Origin: Amoebophrya sp. A120 | Lineage: Eukaryota; Protista; Dinoflagellata | Assembly (NCBI GenBank): GCA_905178155.1 | Contig: CAJINV010000004.1 | Coordinates: 9,158,300-9,222,299 of the forward strand | Reading direction: 5' to 3' | Length of the DNA: 64,000 bases | In this document: positions 46,141 to 58,900 of the stretch, piece after piece | Position numbering within the stretch: position 1 is the stretch's first letter | How the letters are laid out: each line of letters starts with the position of its first letter | Made by a program: the position numbers and the translations under genes | Notes under the pieces: generated by a model | What the model was told of the DNA's origin: nothing | Database searches by the model: none | The model's input: only the letters and a program-made list of their open reading frames with translations

Positions 46141-46961
46141 TGAACAATCTCAGTAGAACGGAGCGAGACTGCTTAAAACTTGAATCACGTCGTGCTGGTG
46201 CAGGCACAAAATCAAAAACAACACGAAGGATAGGACGACTTTTGTTTTGTTTTTAGCGCTAAGGCTAGGCATGGCATCACTGCGCCGACCTCCAGACCGT
46301 TTTTGTTCGCTCTAGGAGAGTGTTGTGTGCAAGAACTACAATTCCAAGTGGTATTAAAGACAAGTCAAAGTAGCCCCTGGAACCCTTCTCGGGTCTTGTT
46401 CTACTCAATGTTACCTTTATTTCCCCATGATCGCCATCGTCTCGTTGAGTGACAGAGGAGCCTAGAGGCGCAGAGCAAAACGAAAAACTCGGCAACATAT
46501 CTTAACTTGTTTCTACTCATCGTGATCGTGGTCCTTGACCTGGTCTCGTCATCGTATCTTCGAGAGAGAAGCTCGACCACCGTTTTATTTCGTAAAAGGG
46601 TTGCACTGACTTGCAGTTCTTCTTCTTTACAAGTAAGTGCGAGTTGTAGTACACGTGAAAGTAGAACATAAAGGAAAAACTGCTGTTTGAACTGCTGCTG
46701 CCCGCTTCTTGTCACAGTACTCGCCATCTTCTTGTCACAGTTTTCGTCTTCTCCAACCCAAACCGAACAGGTAGAGATAGTAGACCTACTATAGCGTCTA
46801 TGTAGCTAACTCTAAGCTAGCTCACAATGCTGCCGGACGCAATTCTTATGTTGTGTCCTTCGGTGCTGTGTTGCATACTTCTACACTGATGCTCGATCGC
46901 ATTTTTTAAGAAAATCTTTTAAATCAATAAAATTCAAATCGCATTTCTGTTCAACAGAACT

Positions 46962-49900
46962 ATGAGTCCAAAAAAAAGAATCTTCATGGTGCACCAGTCT
47001 GCGCCACAGAGGACAGTGGAGACGATGGACGCGCAAGTAGCCTATCAAATGTAAAAATGTCTGGGTCTGGAAGATTCTGAGACTTGTCATGCATGTTTTG
47101 TATTGGCCATGATGTCTGTGATGCATGCCCTAGCATCACAGATTTTTTGAGGGCTTCGCGATGCCTATTCCGCATGACAAATGCCCTCTCCGCGTAGCAA
47201 AAATTGCGTTTCCTTTGCTGCTCATGCAATACAGATTTTTTTGGAGTCCAAATTCAGCATCACCTCAGGGTTCCAGGGTTCCAAATTCAGCATCACAAAT
47301 TGCATTCTTCCAGACCCAGACATTTTTACATTTGATATAGCCGCGAAGATGACAACTTCAACTCCATCCAGCTGCAGTCCACCCTCCAGCACCTGTAACA
47401 AAGGGTCCCCGTCACAAGCAAGTGACCTACAACACGTAGGATCGGCGGGACGGGGTCGTGAAGTAGAGGTGGTTTCGGTTATTTCCTCCACTTCTTCTAT
47501 GGATGTGTCAGGATCGAAATCAACAAAATCGAAAAATTTGTGATGCATAAAATCGATACCAGTTGGACCCACAGTTTTCAAGTGGCGCATGACAAACTTC
47601 GGGAGCTGCAAAATCCAGTCTGGTGTCGTGCTGTTTGGGCAAAGAAGACTGCTCCTGTCATGCTGCTCTGGCAACGCGTCTTCTTCCCCTAAACAGGCTT
47701 GCAATCGATCTCATTTGCCTTCTCCCCAACACAGGCCTTCCGTGCCCTACATTTTATGCATTACAAGTTTTTCGATTTCGTCGATTTCGATCCTGACACT
47801 CCCATATCTTCCTGCCAAGTACAACCAGCTCCGCAGACCACGGATCAGGAACCAGCAGACCAGCAGCACGAGAAGTACTACCAAGATCAAGATGGAACAA
47901 ATTTTTTCCAGAAGGCTAGTAGTACAACAACGCAGCAAGCCCAAGCCGTCGAGATGTTGGCAGTCCCCACTGGAGGTGAAAGTGCTGCCACTGCAGCGCG
48001 AGGAGAAGGAGGACCTGCTACTCGTGGAGATAAGGAAGATGGCGCGTGTGCAGTCCAAGTTGTCCGAGCAGGAGTTTCTTCGTCCAACTGTTCGGGCGAA
48101 GATTTGCAAGGGCATATCTTCATGCAGGAGGATACAGCACGTCCACATGACATGAACGAGGATTCCCTGGAGTTGCAACCACACAACAAAATCAAGGGCG
48201 CGAAGAACGCGAAGGACAGCAAGACATCCTCCGCGGCCCCAACTACATTTGGCTGTCCTAGTACAACATCAGCTCTATCTACTACAACTACTACTCGTTC
48301 CTCCGCGCTGCGCCCGTCCGCCGCGCGAGTCAGCTTCGTGAGGCAGCGCCTGCAGGAGAAGCACCAGGAGCGGCTGCGGCAGGCCAAGCTGGTGCCGACA
48401 TTGCAGCGGTATGTCGCGGCGTGTCTTGCGATGGTGATGGCGTTTTCCTACGGGTGCTGGTCTTTCTCCAAAAGAACGCTGAACACCGCGGTTGCAGTAG
48501 TGAAAAACTTCTGGCGCGAACGAGCGGTCTACTTGGGCTACGTCTACAAGCTGGTCTTCAACAGCTTCTACTACGTGGAGGTGCTCATCCGGTCATCTTT
48601 CTCGTGGGGGAAAAGTGCAGTTTGCGCAGCTTGGGGTTTCATTTGCTCCTTCACAGCTGACATCGTCTTTCATCTTCTTCATACAGTACCATCGGGGGCT
48701 AGTTCTTCGTGTACTTCTGGTCCTCTGCAAGAAGAGGCACAGGCACAAAAGCCGGGAGCCGCGGCGAAAAAGCCTTCTTCAAAGATGACTACCAAGCGAA
48801 AAATGAAGGGGAAAACGAAAATGATAAACATGGGCGAACAACAAGAAGATCCGTTTTCACCACGACAGGCCGGCGGGACAGACACGGCATCAACATCTTC
48901 AAACCACGGGCACGATGAAAATCAAGATACCCCTTGTTGCGACGGGACTGTTGTTGTTGTAACTGTGGTGTGTCCACCACCTCCCGCGAACAACGGTCTT
49001 GCAGGCTTTTGGCTTCGACTGCAGCAGGCAGTGATATTTGCAACCACCGCTGGAACAAGTCAAATTCTTCTGCGAGTAAAAGGTGCAGCGGGGCAAGCGC
49101 TGGCTTTTCTGCGCCGAATGCAACTCGTTTACTGCCAACGCTGGAAAAGTAGAGCCAGCCGGCGGGGGCAGTGGTGGCAAGTGTTTTGCGTTTGCTTATC
49201 AAACGGAAAAATCCCCCCTCCCCATATCAAAACGGAATTTCTGATGCTGGATTTGTGTACACAAATCAGGTTTGTATTGCAGAGAAGCACTGCGGCCAGA
49301 TCCCCAGGCTAGGTAGGGGCGTATGGGTCTAGTTGTTCAGCATGGCAAGCGGCTCACTTTTAGGGCCAACAGCATGACAAATCGCCTCCATAGTGCGGCG
49401 GAAGCTTCTGCCCTTGTCTTCTTGCAAGACAAATGTGATTTGTGACCTCAAATCAGCAAGACAAATTTGCGGAAACATACCTTTTCGATATGGGGAGGGG
49501 GGATTTTTACTTTTGATATTGCTTGCGGCTTGTGGAGTTTCTTGCGCTCGTCACGTACCTCTGTTACAGCTGGGTATGCATTGCAAACATGTCTGGGTCT
49601 GGAAGAGTGCATATTTGTCATGCTTGTCTGGCATGACTCTTAAATCTGTCATGCACGTTACCCAAGAGAGCCGTTTTGCTGTCATGCAAAAACGCAGTTT
49701 GTCATGCAGAATAGGCAACACCTAGAAGCTCAAAAGCTTGTCATGCTGAGCCAGCAGTTGTGACCTTCATGATACGCCGCCCAGCAACATCACAAGTTTC
49801 CAGACCCAGACACTTTTACAATCCATACTGGGACCACTTGTACGACAACTACACCGCGACGACGTCCATTTTCTCGTCGTCCATGTGGTACAACAACTAC

Positions 49901-52900
49901 GCCGGGGGTCCAAGGGACGAAGGGAGAAGTACAACCACTACGGTTCTTGAGCACAGAAGCAACATGCTGAGTAAAAATTTACATTTTCCCAGCACGTCTC
50001 CCTCTCGCTCTCCGAGCAGCTCCTGGAGCGCCACGACGACCTCCGCGAAAGAGATGAAAACTAGCAGTAGCACTAGAGGACTCCTGTCTACTAGTACAAA
50101 AGGGAGCGAAGAAGCCGAAGGTTTTATTACCTCCCACGGGGGCAGGGGGACGATCACGAAGACGAACAGGAACAACTACAACCGGAAACAAGCGTCGTGG
50201 CTGCAAGTCCTTCCTCATACTGGTGCAGTGGAGAGGACGACGACTGTCGAGGAGGACTGCCTGCTCGGGGGTGAGCAGCGGAAGGAGCACGAGCAGGCGG
50301 TGGAGAACGAGAACAAACGCATCAAACGCAAGGAGCTACTAGTAACCGAAATCCACCAAGAGCAACACCATCATATTAGCCATCACCAGTACCGCAGCAC
50401 CACCAAGAGGATTTTTCTGTTTGCGAACGCGGAGAAGATCGCACTCGTGCAGCAAGAAAGTGGAACCGACGACGACATGGTCGTTGTTGAGCAGGTGCAA
50501 GAAGGGCTAACCGACGACGACATGGTCGTTGAGCAGGAGATGCTGGCAGGCGGGCCGGATGGTCGTGAAAAACAACTTACTATTTCGGAAGATGAAGATG
50601 ACACAGCCGTCGCAGCTGCGGAAATGTTTTTGAACACGGCGAGAACAGTATTACAGTGAAAAATGCCCCCACCCCCAAAGTTGCAAAAAATTGTGATGCG
50701 AAGTTTCCGAATGAAAACTTTTTGCCATGCATGAAAGGAGAAGTATGAATGTTTCTGATGCACAGTCTAGCTGTGTCTCGCATCGCTTGCATGAGAAGCG
50801 CCAGTCTTGCTGGGGTCTTTTGCAATACAAATTTTTGCTATTCACGATTGGAAGCCTGTGCTGCTGATAGATGCAAGAGGGCAAATGTTTCATTTGGAAA
50901 GGTTTGCAATACAAAATGCCACCAGGTGGCATTTTTCATTGTAATAAACAGCAAACTCAAATCCAGCTGCTGCGGGGGCGCCCGCCCTGGACGAGGTGCT
51001 AGGTACCACGCCTGCGTTAGCCGGAAGAACCACCACCACGACGTCTTCGGATGTTGCAGCCAACAAGGTGCTGGCCAGCAACATGGACAAGAAGGTGCTC
51101 GTCAGGGTCAGGCAGTTCGGCGGGAAAGAGGTGTCTGGAACTACTCGTGGTCCTGGGCGACGTGCAACAAGATTCAACCGACCTTCTGCAGTAGCTAGTA
51201 CATCGACCTCCGCGGTGGATGAAGAAGCCTCACGGCGGGCAATAACAATGAGCGCGTTTCTGCAACAGCAGACGGCAAAAAAGAAACGGGTCGGCGAAAA
51301 CGAAGAGAAGACGTCGCTGCAGAAACGAACCAAGGAGCAACAAGGCCGCGAAAAACAAAAGCGAAATTTGAAGGTGCGGATCACTAAGATATGCAATCAT
51401 GTCTGCTTCTGGGAGAATGCGCGTGTAGTTTGTCGTGGATTTACTTAACTAGGTATTTTAGATACATGCACTGGAATGCGCTCAAAGCATCGCAGTTCGT
51501 TTATTTGTGAAGGCGTCTCAATGCATACCTTGACCTCCCCCTCGCATGTTGGCTAGAAAATATGCATACCTCGCATGGGATTGGGATGAAATAACTCGCT
51601 CTACTTTATTTCCTACCCAGACGTGCCGGGCAGCTTCTTGAATTTTGGTGCTCATGCAACAGTAGAAAAACAAATGTTCATGTTTTTGTTTGGTCTGTGT
51701 TCGACTTCGAGTCGTGAGAGTCAGTTAGCACAAGAAGTACGACGCATAATTCTATATTCCAAACGACCCAGAGGACAACATGTTTATTGCACATGCATAA
51801 TCGACCAAAAAAGGCTGGAGTTTTTGCGGACGAGCGCACGCGTCACAGCGCAGAAGAGGACGTCGACCGGCGAGGGTACCGGCACATCAGCAAGAAATAA
51901 ACGTGTTGAACACGAACAAAAGACGTCGACCCGCGAGGGAGCAAGAAATAAACGTGTTGAACACGAACAAAAACATCTTCAGAAGCAAAAGCAGAAAGTT
52001 CATTTCGTCGACGCCTCTGCTGCTGTCGATCACCTGAACGCGCTGGTCGGGGAGCTTCAAAAGAATAATAATGCGGACGTAATGAACGAAATGATCCAGA
52101 ACCTTGCCACCCACGCGGGGGAAAATGACGGCGCATTGAAGGACTATCTGGACCACATACCGCTGGACGAGCCAAGAGGTCAGGCTCCAGGTGGCGAGCA
52201 GTTGATGCATGAGGCCTGCTATGGATTGCAAAAGTATAATCTAGCTATAATTTGAATTTCACGAAATTATTTTTAGCTCTGCTCAGCATGACAAGAAATC
52301 AAGTGGAATTTGTCATTCTGCTTTACCTTCTTGGGAACGCGAACGACATTTGTATATATGCATGATTGCGATTAGTACGAGTGTGATACTTTTGCACTGG
52401 ATACCTGCGTACTGATGGCGTTGGACGAGCAGTTCCCGGATTTGCTGATATGCCTTGCAAATATGTTTGGGTCGGGAAAGAATGGGATTTGTGATGCAAG
52501 ATTTCGATCGTGGGAGATGCCAAAACCTGTATTGCACGAGCAGCAAAAAGAGAACTCAGAGTTTTGCCACCCCTAGAGGGCGCCTCTCATACCGGATAGG
52601 CATGAGCATGAAGAAAGCAAGCCTTCGTGTTCGTGATGCAAGCTGTGTTGCTAGCACATGCAGTATGTTGGCATGGCGAGTCATGTACAATTTGCATGAA
52701 GACACCCTCTCCCCCCCGATCTTCCAGAGAACCTGAACCGAGACATACTTGCAGTTGATTGCTGACATCGTGGGACGACAAAGACACTCCTGACAACCTA
52801 AATGACGACACTGTTTCGGTCGAACAAGAACATCTAAACCACATCTTCTACACCGAATCGGTGCCGGAGGGCAGCCCGCCCGATTACTCCGGGGAGGAGG

Positions 52901-55900
52901 GTGCGAACGGGATTAGATTGGACCGTTTCCGGGATGACGTGGCAAAGTACCAGGAAGCCGCCTACGGCGCAGTGGATCACGATCCAAATGATAATTTGAA
53001 GTTCAATACGGATGTGCCGGACGGGAAGCAATATATGACTCTCCCAGAGGGAGGCTATGGCTCGCTCAGGTGTTACAATGATTTCAACAGACTGTTAGTA
53101 CCGGGAATATGAAAGCGGAGTAGAGTTCGATTTGTAATGCAAAAGCCAAAGTCGCTTTGGCTTTCACTTTCAAAATTTGCATGAAATTTATTTATATTTT
53201 TCTATAATCCAATTCGGATTGGAATTATTCCAATCGCGATCTATCGCAGATGTAGCTAGTATCCTCATAGAACGACGATTTCCTTCGGACGGTCCAAAGT
53301 TCAGTAAAATTATCTAGCTAAATTTGCATATGCGAAAAATAGTTGGCCGTGGAGCAGAAGCTCAATCTGTACCATTTTGGTCGTCATGTCGTAGTCGCGC
53401 AAGACAAACGTGACGAGAGGACTGTTCTTTCATTGTAAACTACAGTTCTTAGATGAAGAAATTGCAACACTTGAGCAGGTGATAGAGGCATGAAGGAGTT
53501 TCTCATGGAGGCCCGAGCGAGTATACGGCACGACCCCGGCAATGAGAATGACCTTATCTTTCCTCCGGAAAATCGAAGAGACAACCAGATCGCTCCCTTT
53601 GAACTGAATGAAGACGCGCGAAGGGCCATGCTAGCGGCCTTGATCGAACAATACCCCAAAAGGTTTGACGGGGGATTTGCAAACGACTTGGATGGACAGA
53701 CTTCGCCCTTGGAGCATATCAACGACCTCAGTCACTACGTGACGTCGACGAGTCCCAACGGGATCGATATTTTATGGGAAAATCCCCCCTTCCCATACTC
53801 AAAGCGGAAATTTGTAGTTGCTGACTCTTCGTGTAGTACACAAGTCCATTTATATTGCATAACGGGAAACAAGGAAGGGCGCTTTGTAGTTTTCTGTAGG
53901 CGGAGATTTCTGTCGTGTCTGTTTAGGCCGGAGAGAAGGCGTCTGTGATGCCAAGCAGATGATCATAGGCAGTGCCTCCGACGTAAACAGGGTCGTTAGG
54001 ATCATCTAGTAGCTCAGATGTAGTTGTTATCCTTATCCTCGCAGCAATACAAAATGATCCGTGTATAATGCAAAAAATCATGTTACACAAATCTCTGACT
54101 CTGATTGAATATGGGGGCGAGGGTAGTGGATTTTTCATCTTCATAATCGAGAAGCTTGAACTAAAAGCCGACGTCACCGAAGACCAAGTCCAAGATCTCC
54201 TTCGAAGATTCGACGACACAGACGGCAAGTTCCACTGGAACGACGTGGACATGGACGAATTTCGCAAGGATTTCTACCACGCCATGCCTATTCCAGAGAA
54301 AAGTTGTACGCCCATATCAGCAAGAGGATATATAGAAAAATGATAAAATTATTCGTACAATTGGAATAGCGGGTGTTCTTTGATAGTTATATTTTTACGG
54401 CACAAAAAACTCCGTGAAGATGCTCGCATGGTATGGGTGTGCTTTTTCATCTTTTTCTCTTTGATAATGCCCGAGCAGTACCAGAGAGACCACGGGGAAT
54501 TGTTGCCCTACTACATGCGCAGCCACGAGCAAGTGGACGAAATGGAATTCTCCTCCCAATACCTCGCCCTGCCTGCAGAACGCGAAGGCGGAAAGGAGCT
54601 GCACGACTTCATCCTGGGCACCGTATCTGAGCAGCCAGTATGGCGCTCTCAAAGAACGTTTACATGGATCGCAGCTGGTGCGTAATTTTCTGATGCAAAA
54701 AGAACTGCGCGTACGAGCAGAAGAGGGGCGGCAGCTTGTGTGTCTTGTTTCACTACGATGCATAGTAACAGACGCGCAAGCTTTTATCGGCATCATTCAT
54801 TGCATGATTTGGGACAGATTGTACTATCGCTATTGAGCGCCTCGGCCTCCGTATCTTCATTATAAATATAGCTTGATGTTGTTGGTGCGGACGAGTGAAT
54901 GATGTGATACTGATTAGTCGCTCATCTGCGGGGCAAGTCATAATCATATTACCATTATGATGTTAAAGAGGTGAGCCGGCTGCCATCTTTTTCCAATGTT
55001 AAAGGGGGGAATGGAGGTGCCCCGGCTGCCATCTTTTTCCAATGTTAAAAGGGGGAATGGAGGTTCCCCGGCTGCCATCTTTTTCCAATGTTAAAAGGGG
55101 GAATGGAGGTGCTCCGGACATGGTCCGCCCACCGCGCTTTTTTCCAGTGTTAAGAGGGGGAATGGAGGTGCCCCGGCTGCCGCCTACCTTTTTCCAATGT
55201 TAAAAGGGGGAATGGAGGTGAGCCGGCCGCCATCTTTTTCCAATGTTAAAAGGGGGAATGGAGGTGAGCCGGCTGCCATCTTTTTCCAATGTTAAAAGGG
55301 GGAATGGAGGTGAGCCGGCTGCCATCTTTTTCCAATGTTCAAAGGGGGGACGGAGGTGACCCGTCCGCCATCTTTTTCCAATGTTAAAAGGGGGAATGGA
55401 GATGAGCCGGCTGCCATCTTTTTCCAATGTTAAAAGGGGGAATGGAGGTGAGCCGGCTGCCATCTTTTTCCAATGTTAAAAGGGGGAATGGAGGTGAGCC
55501 GGCTGCCATCTTTTTCCAATGTTCAAAGGGGGGACGGAGGTGACCCGTCCGCCATCTTTTTCCAATGTTAAAAGGGGGAATGGAGATGAGCCGGCTGCCA
55601 TCTTTTTCCAATGTTAAAAGGGGGAATGGAGGCGATCCGGCTGCCATCTTTTTCCAATGTTCAAAGGGGGGACGGAGGTGACCCGTCCGCCATCTTTTCC
55701 CTCCCAATGTTAAAAAGGGGGAACGGAGGTGAGCCGGCTGCCATCTTTTTCCAATGTTAAAAGGGGGAATGGAGGCGATCCGGCTGCCGTCGCATCTTTT
55801 TCCAATGTCAAAAGGGGGAATGGAGATGCCCCGGCTGCCATCTTTTTCCAATGTTAAAAGGGGGAATGGAGGTGAGCCGGCTGCCATCAACGCCCGTCGG

Positions 55901-58900
55901 TTTTGTCTCCTCCTTTATATCAACGCCCGTCGGTTCTGACTCAGGTGGGGCATCCCCCTCGTCAAAGGGTTCATCCTGATCGGCCATCTTCCGAGATTTT
56001 TCGCAAAGTCCGTCGGATCCGTCTCCTTTTATATCCGCGCCCGTCGGCTTTGTCTCCTCTTTTATATCGGCGCCCTTCGGTTCCTTCCGACCCAGATGGG
56101 CCATCTCCCTCCTCAGAGGGTTCATCCTGATCGCCCGCCTTCCGGGATTTTTGACAAAGTCCGTCGGATCCTTCACGAGCCCCATTCTGCTGCCGAGATT
56201 TTTGACAAGCGCCGGCGGTGTCTCCTGCTTTATATCAACACCCGCCGGCCCGACCCATGTGGGGTGGGCCACGCCATCCCCCTCCTCAAAGTAAGGGCTC
56301 ATCCTGATCGGCCACCGCGGGTCCACCATGTTCGACCACCCCAAGAGGGGGAGGGGGGGGGGAAANNNNNNNNNNNNNNNNNNNNNNNNNNNNNNNNNNN
56401 NNNNNNNNNNNNNNNNNNNNNNNNNNNNNNNNNNNNNNNNNNNNNNNNNNNNNNNNNNNNNNNNNNNNNNNNNNNNNNNNNNNNNNNNNNNNNNNNNNNN
56501 NNNNNNNNNNNNNNNNNNNNNNNNNNNNNNNNNNNNNNNNNNNNNNNNNNNNNNNNNNNNNNNNNNNNNNNNNNNNNNNNNNNNNNNNNNNNNNNNNNNN
56601 NNNNNNNNNNNNNNNNNNNNNNNNNNNNNNNNNNNNNNNNNNNNNNNNNNNNNNNNNNNNNNNNNNNNNNNNNNNNNNNNNNNNNNNNNNNNNNNNNNNN
56701 NNNNNNNNNNNNNNNNNNNNNNNNNNNNNNNNNNNNNNNNNNNNNNNNNNNNNNNNNNNNNNNNNNNNNNNNNNNNNNNNNNNNNNNNNNNNNNNNNNNN
56801 NNNNNNNNNNNNNNNNNNNNNNNNNNNNNNNNNNNNNNNTTTGGATTCCAAAAAAATCTGTATTGCATGAGCAGCAAAGGGAGTGTAATTTTTGCTACGC
56901 GGAGAGGGCATTTGTCATGCGGAATAGGCATCGCGAGGCCCTCCAAAAATCTGTGATGCTAGGGCATGCATCACTGACATCATGGCCCAGGTAAAACATG
57001 CATGACAAGTCTAAGAATCTTCCAGACCCAGACATTTTTACACTTGATATAGCGTATGACGATCCGGACTTCACTCTCCGCACCGAAGATGGACCGAATA
57101 ACCAACATCTAGCGGAACTCAAGAATCCGGACAAGCAAGAGGCGCTGCTGAGGGCATTGAAGTTACAGTTCCCTGACAACGCGGCTATACAGGACTTGCA
57201 AAACGGAGCGGGTAATCTCGGAAAGGTGGACGACCAGGCTGGGTTCGACTGGAAGGAAGTGGACGTGCATCAGCTCAAACACGACTTCAAGCATGAGTTC
57301 GCGAATGTGCTGGACAGGAACGCTGACGGGCAATTAACCTGGACCGAGATGTGCATCACGGGCAAGCGCCACAGTGGCTTTGGAGCCGCGGCCTGCGACG
57401 ACGACCAGATATCCTGGTCCGAGTGGCCGCTGTCGGACGAAAGTTGGCACCAGATGACCACTGCATCATCGGGGACGACCGGAGGTGCATCGACTCACGC
57501 CGTCCTGACGAAGGCACAATTCGACAACCTAGAACTGGCCACCCACGACCTCGTGAACCACGACGAGCAAGAGACCACACCCCCAGGGGAGTTGAAGATG
57601 ACGGGGATCGCGAGCGAGCAGGACTGGATGAGGGATGATTATGTTGACCCAGCAGCTCACTCGGGCAAAAATCCTGTTCCACATGAGATGCGAACGTTCC
57701 TCGACAAGATGACGGAGACAGGTCGGTCGACACACCATCGCGGCCTCAACGGCGTGGAAACGAAGGCCGTGATCGCCTCGCTCGTCGAGCAGGACCCCAG
57801 CTTGGTGGACAAGTGGAACCAAGGCTCTCACCCAGTGAACGTGCTGAGAGACAGCAACCTGAGGCTGACGGACGACATGGTGAGCAAGATCGATTGGAGC
57901 AGAATCAGCTTCGATGAGACCAGCAACTTTTACGACGACGTGCAACGCGCCGAACCGCTGCCCGTCGCGGAGGAAACGGACTTGATTAATGACTTGAAGT
58001 TAATGATCGGCGGGGCTCAACAACATGGCATTTTCAATGGTGTCCAAGATACCCTGTTCACTCCACAGACCAATTTGCGGGTGGATGGAAATGGTCGTCT
58101 CCCGGCCGACATGATTGACGAGAATCATGTGCAGGCCTGGAAGACCCTTCTGCGGAACATTGAGAACGTCCCAGGCAACCCGACCTTTCCCGGTGACACC
58201 AACAAGGAGGAGTTGATTGCCCGCGTCGACCACTTGATAAAAGCCCACGCGCCCCTGGACGCGAACGGGGGCGGGTACGCAAACCACTGGCTGGCCGCGT
58301 TGCTGGACGACAACCTCGGTCGCGTCTCGAAGAGCGAGCTGGAAATGCTTGGCGGGTACCAACTGCAAAAATGTCTGGGTCTGGAAGAATGCAAACTTCT
58401 CATGCATGTTTTCCACACCCCTTGTGGTTTGGAATGCAGGACCTAGCATGACAGAGTCTGTGAGGTCTCTGCCATGCCTATCCTGCATGAGAAACTCCCT
58501 CCCAACTCGGTCGAAAGAGGACCGCTCTTGGCAGTCATGCAACACAGATTTTTGCATGATTTGGTTTTAGCATGACAGGTTCCAATCTTCCAGACCCAGA
58601 CATTTTTGCAATTCGTAGCGGGGCGGACCACACCATACGTCCCGAGGACTGGCTATGGATCTGTCAGAGTTGAAATCGACAAAGTTGAAATAATTTGCCA
58701 TGCATAAATTGCCTGGCATGAAGTGCCTCTGTTGCAGGGGTGGCAAGTGAGGCCGACTGTCAGCCTGCTTGCGGTCTGCGATAGAGCTGCTACAGTAGCA
58801 TGACAAAAGGCGTCTCCCTTACCCAAACAGCATGACAAACTGGATTTCGGTTTCACCCAAATTTGTCATGCGCCACTTGGAAGCTGTGTTACAACTGGCA

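Noticed and set aside
51889-51972. 33-bp direct repeat as a mobile-element footprint
   Set aside because: In-frame 51-bp-period coding duplication (ARNKRVEHEQK twice).
54639-54850. Complete family F-like introner
   Set aside because: The left end (GCCAG|TATGGCGCTCTCAA) is plausible, but no matching right end with DR was found before the gap.
54960-55888. CRISPR array
   Set aside because: Units are contiguous tandem copies with no unique spacers; no cas genes; eukaryotic context.
55200-56956. ORFs spanning the satellite and N gap
   Set aside because: Artefacts of repeats and ambiguous bases.
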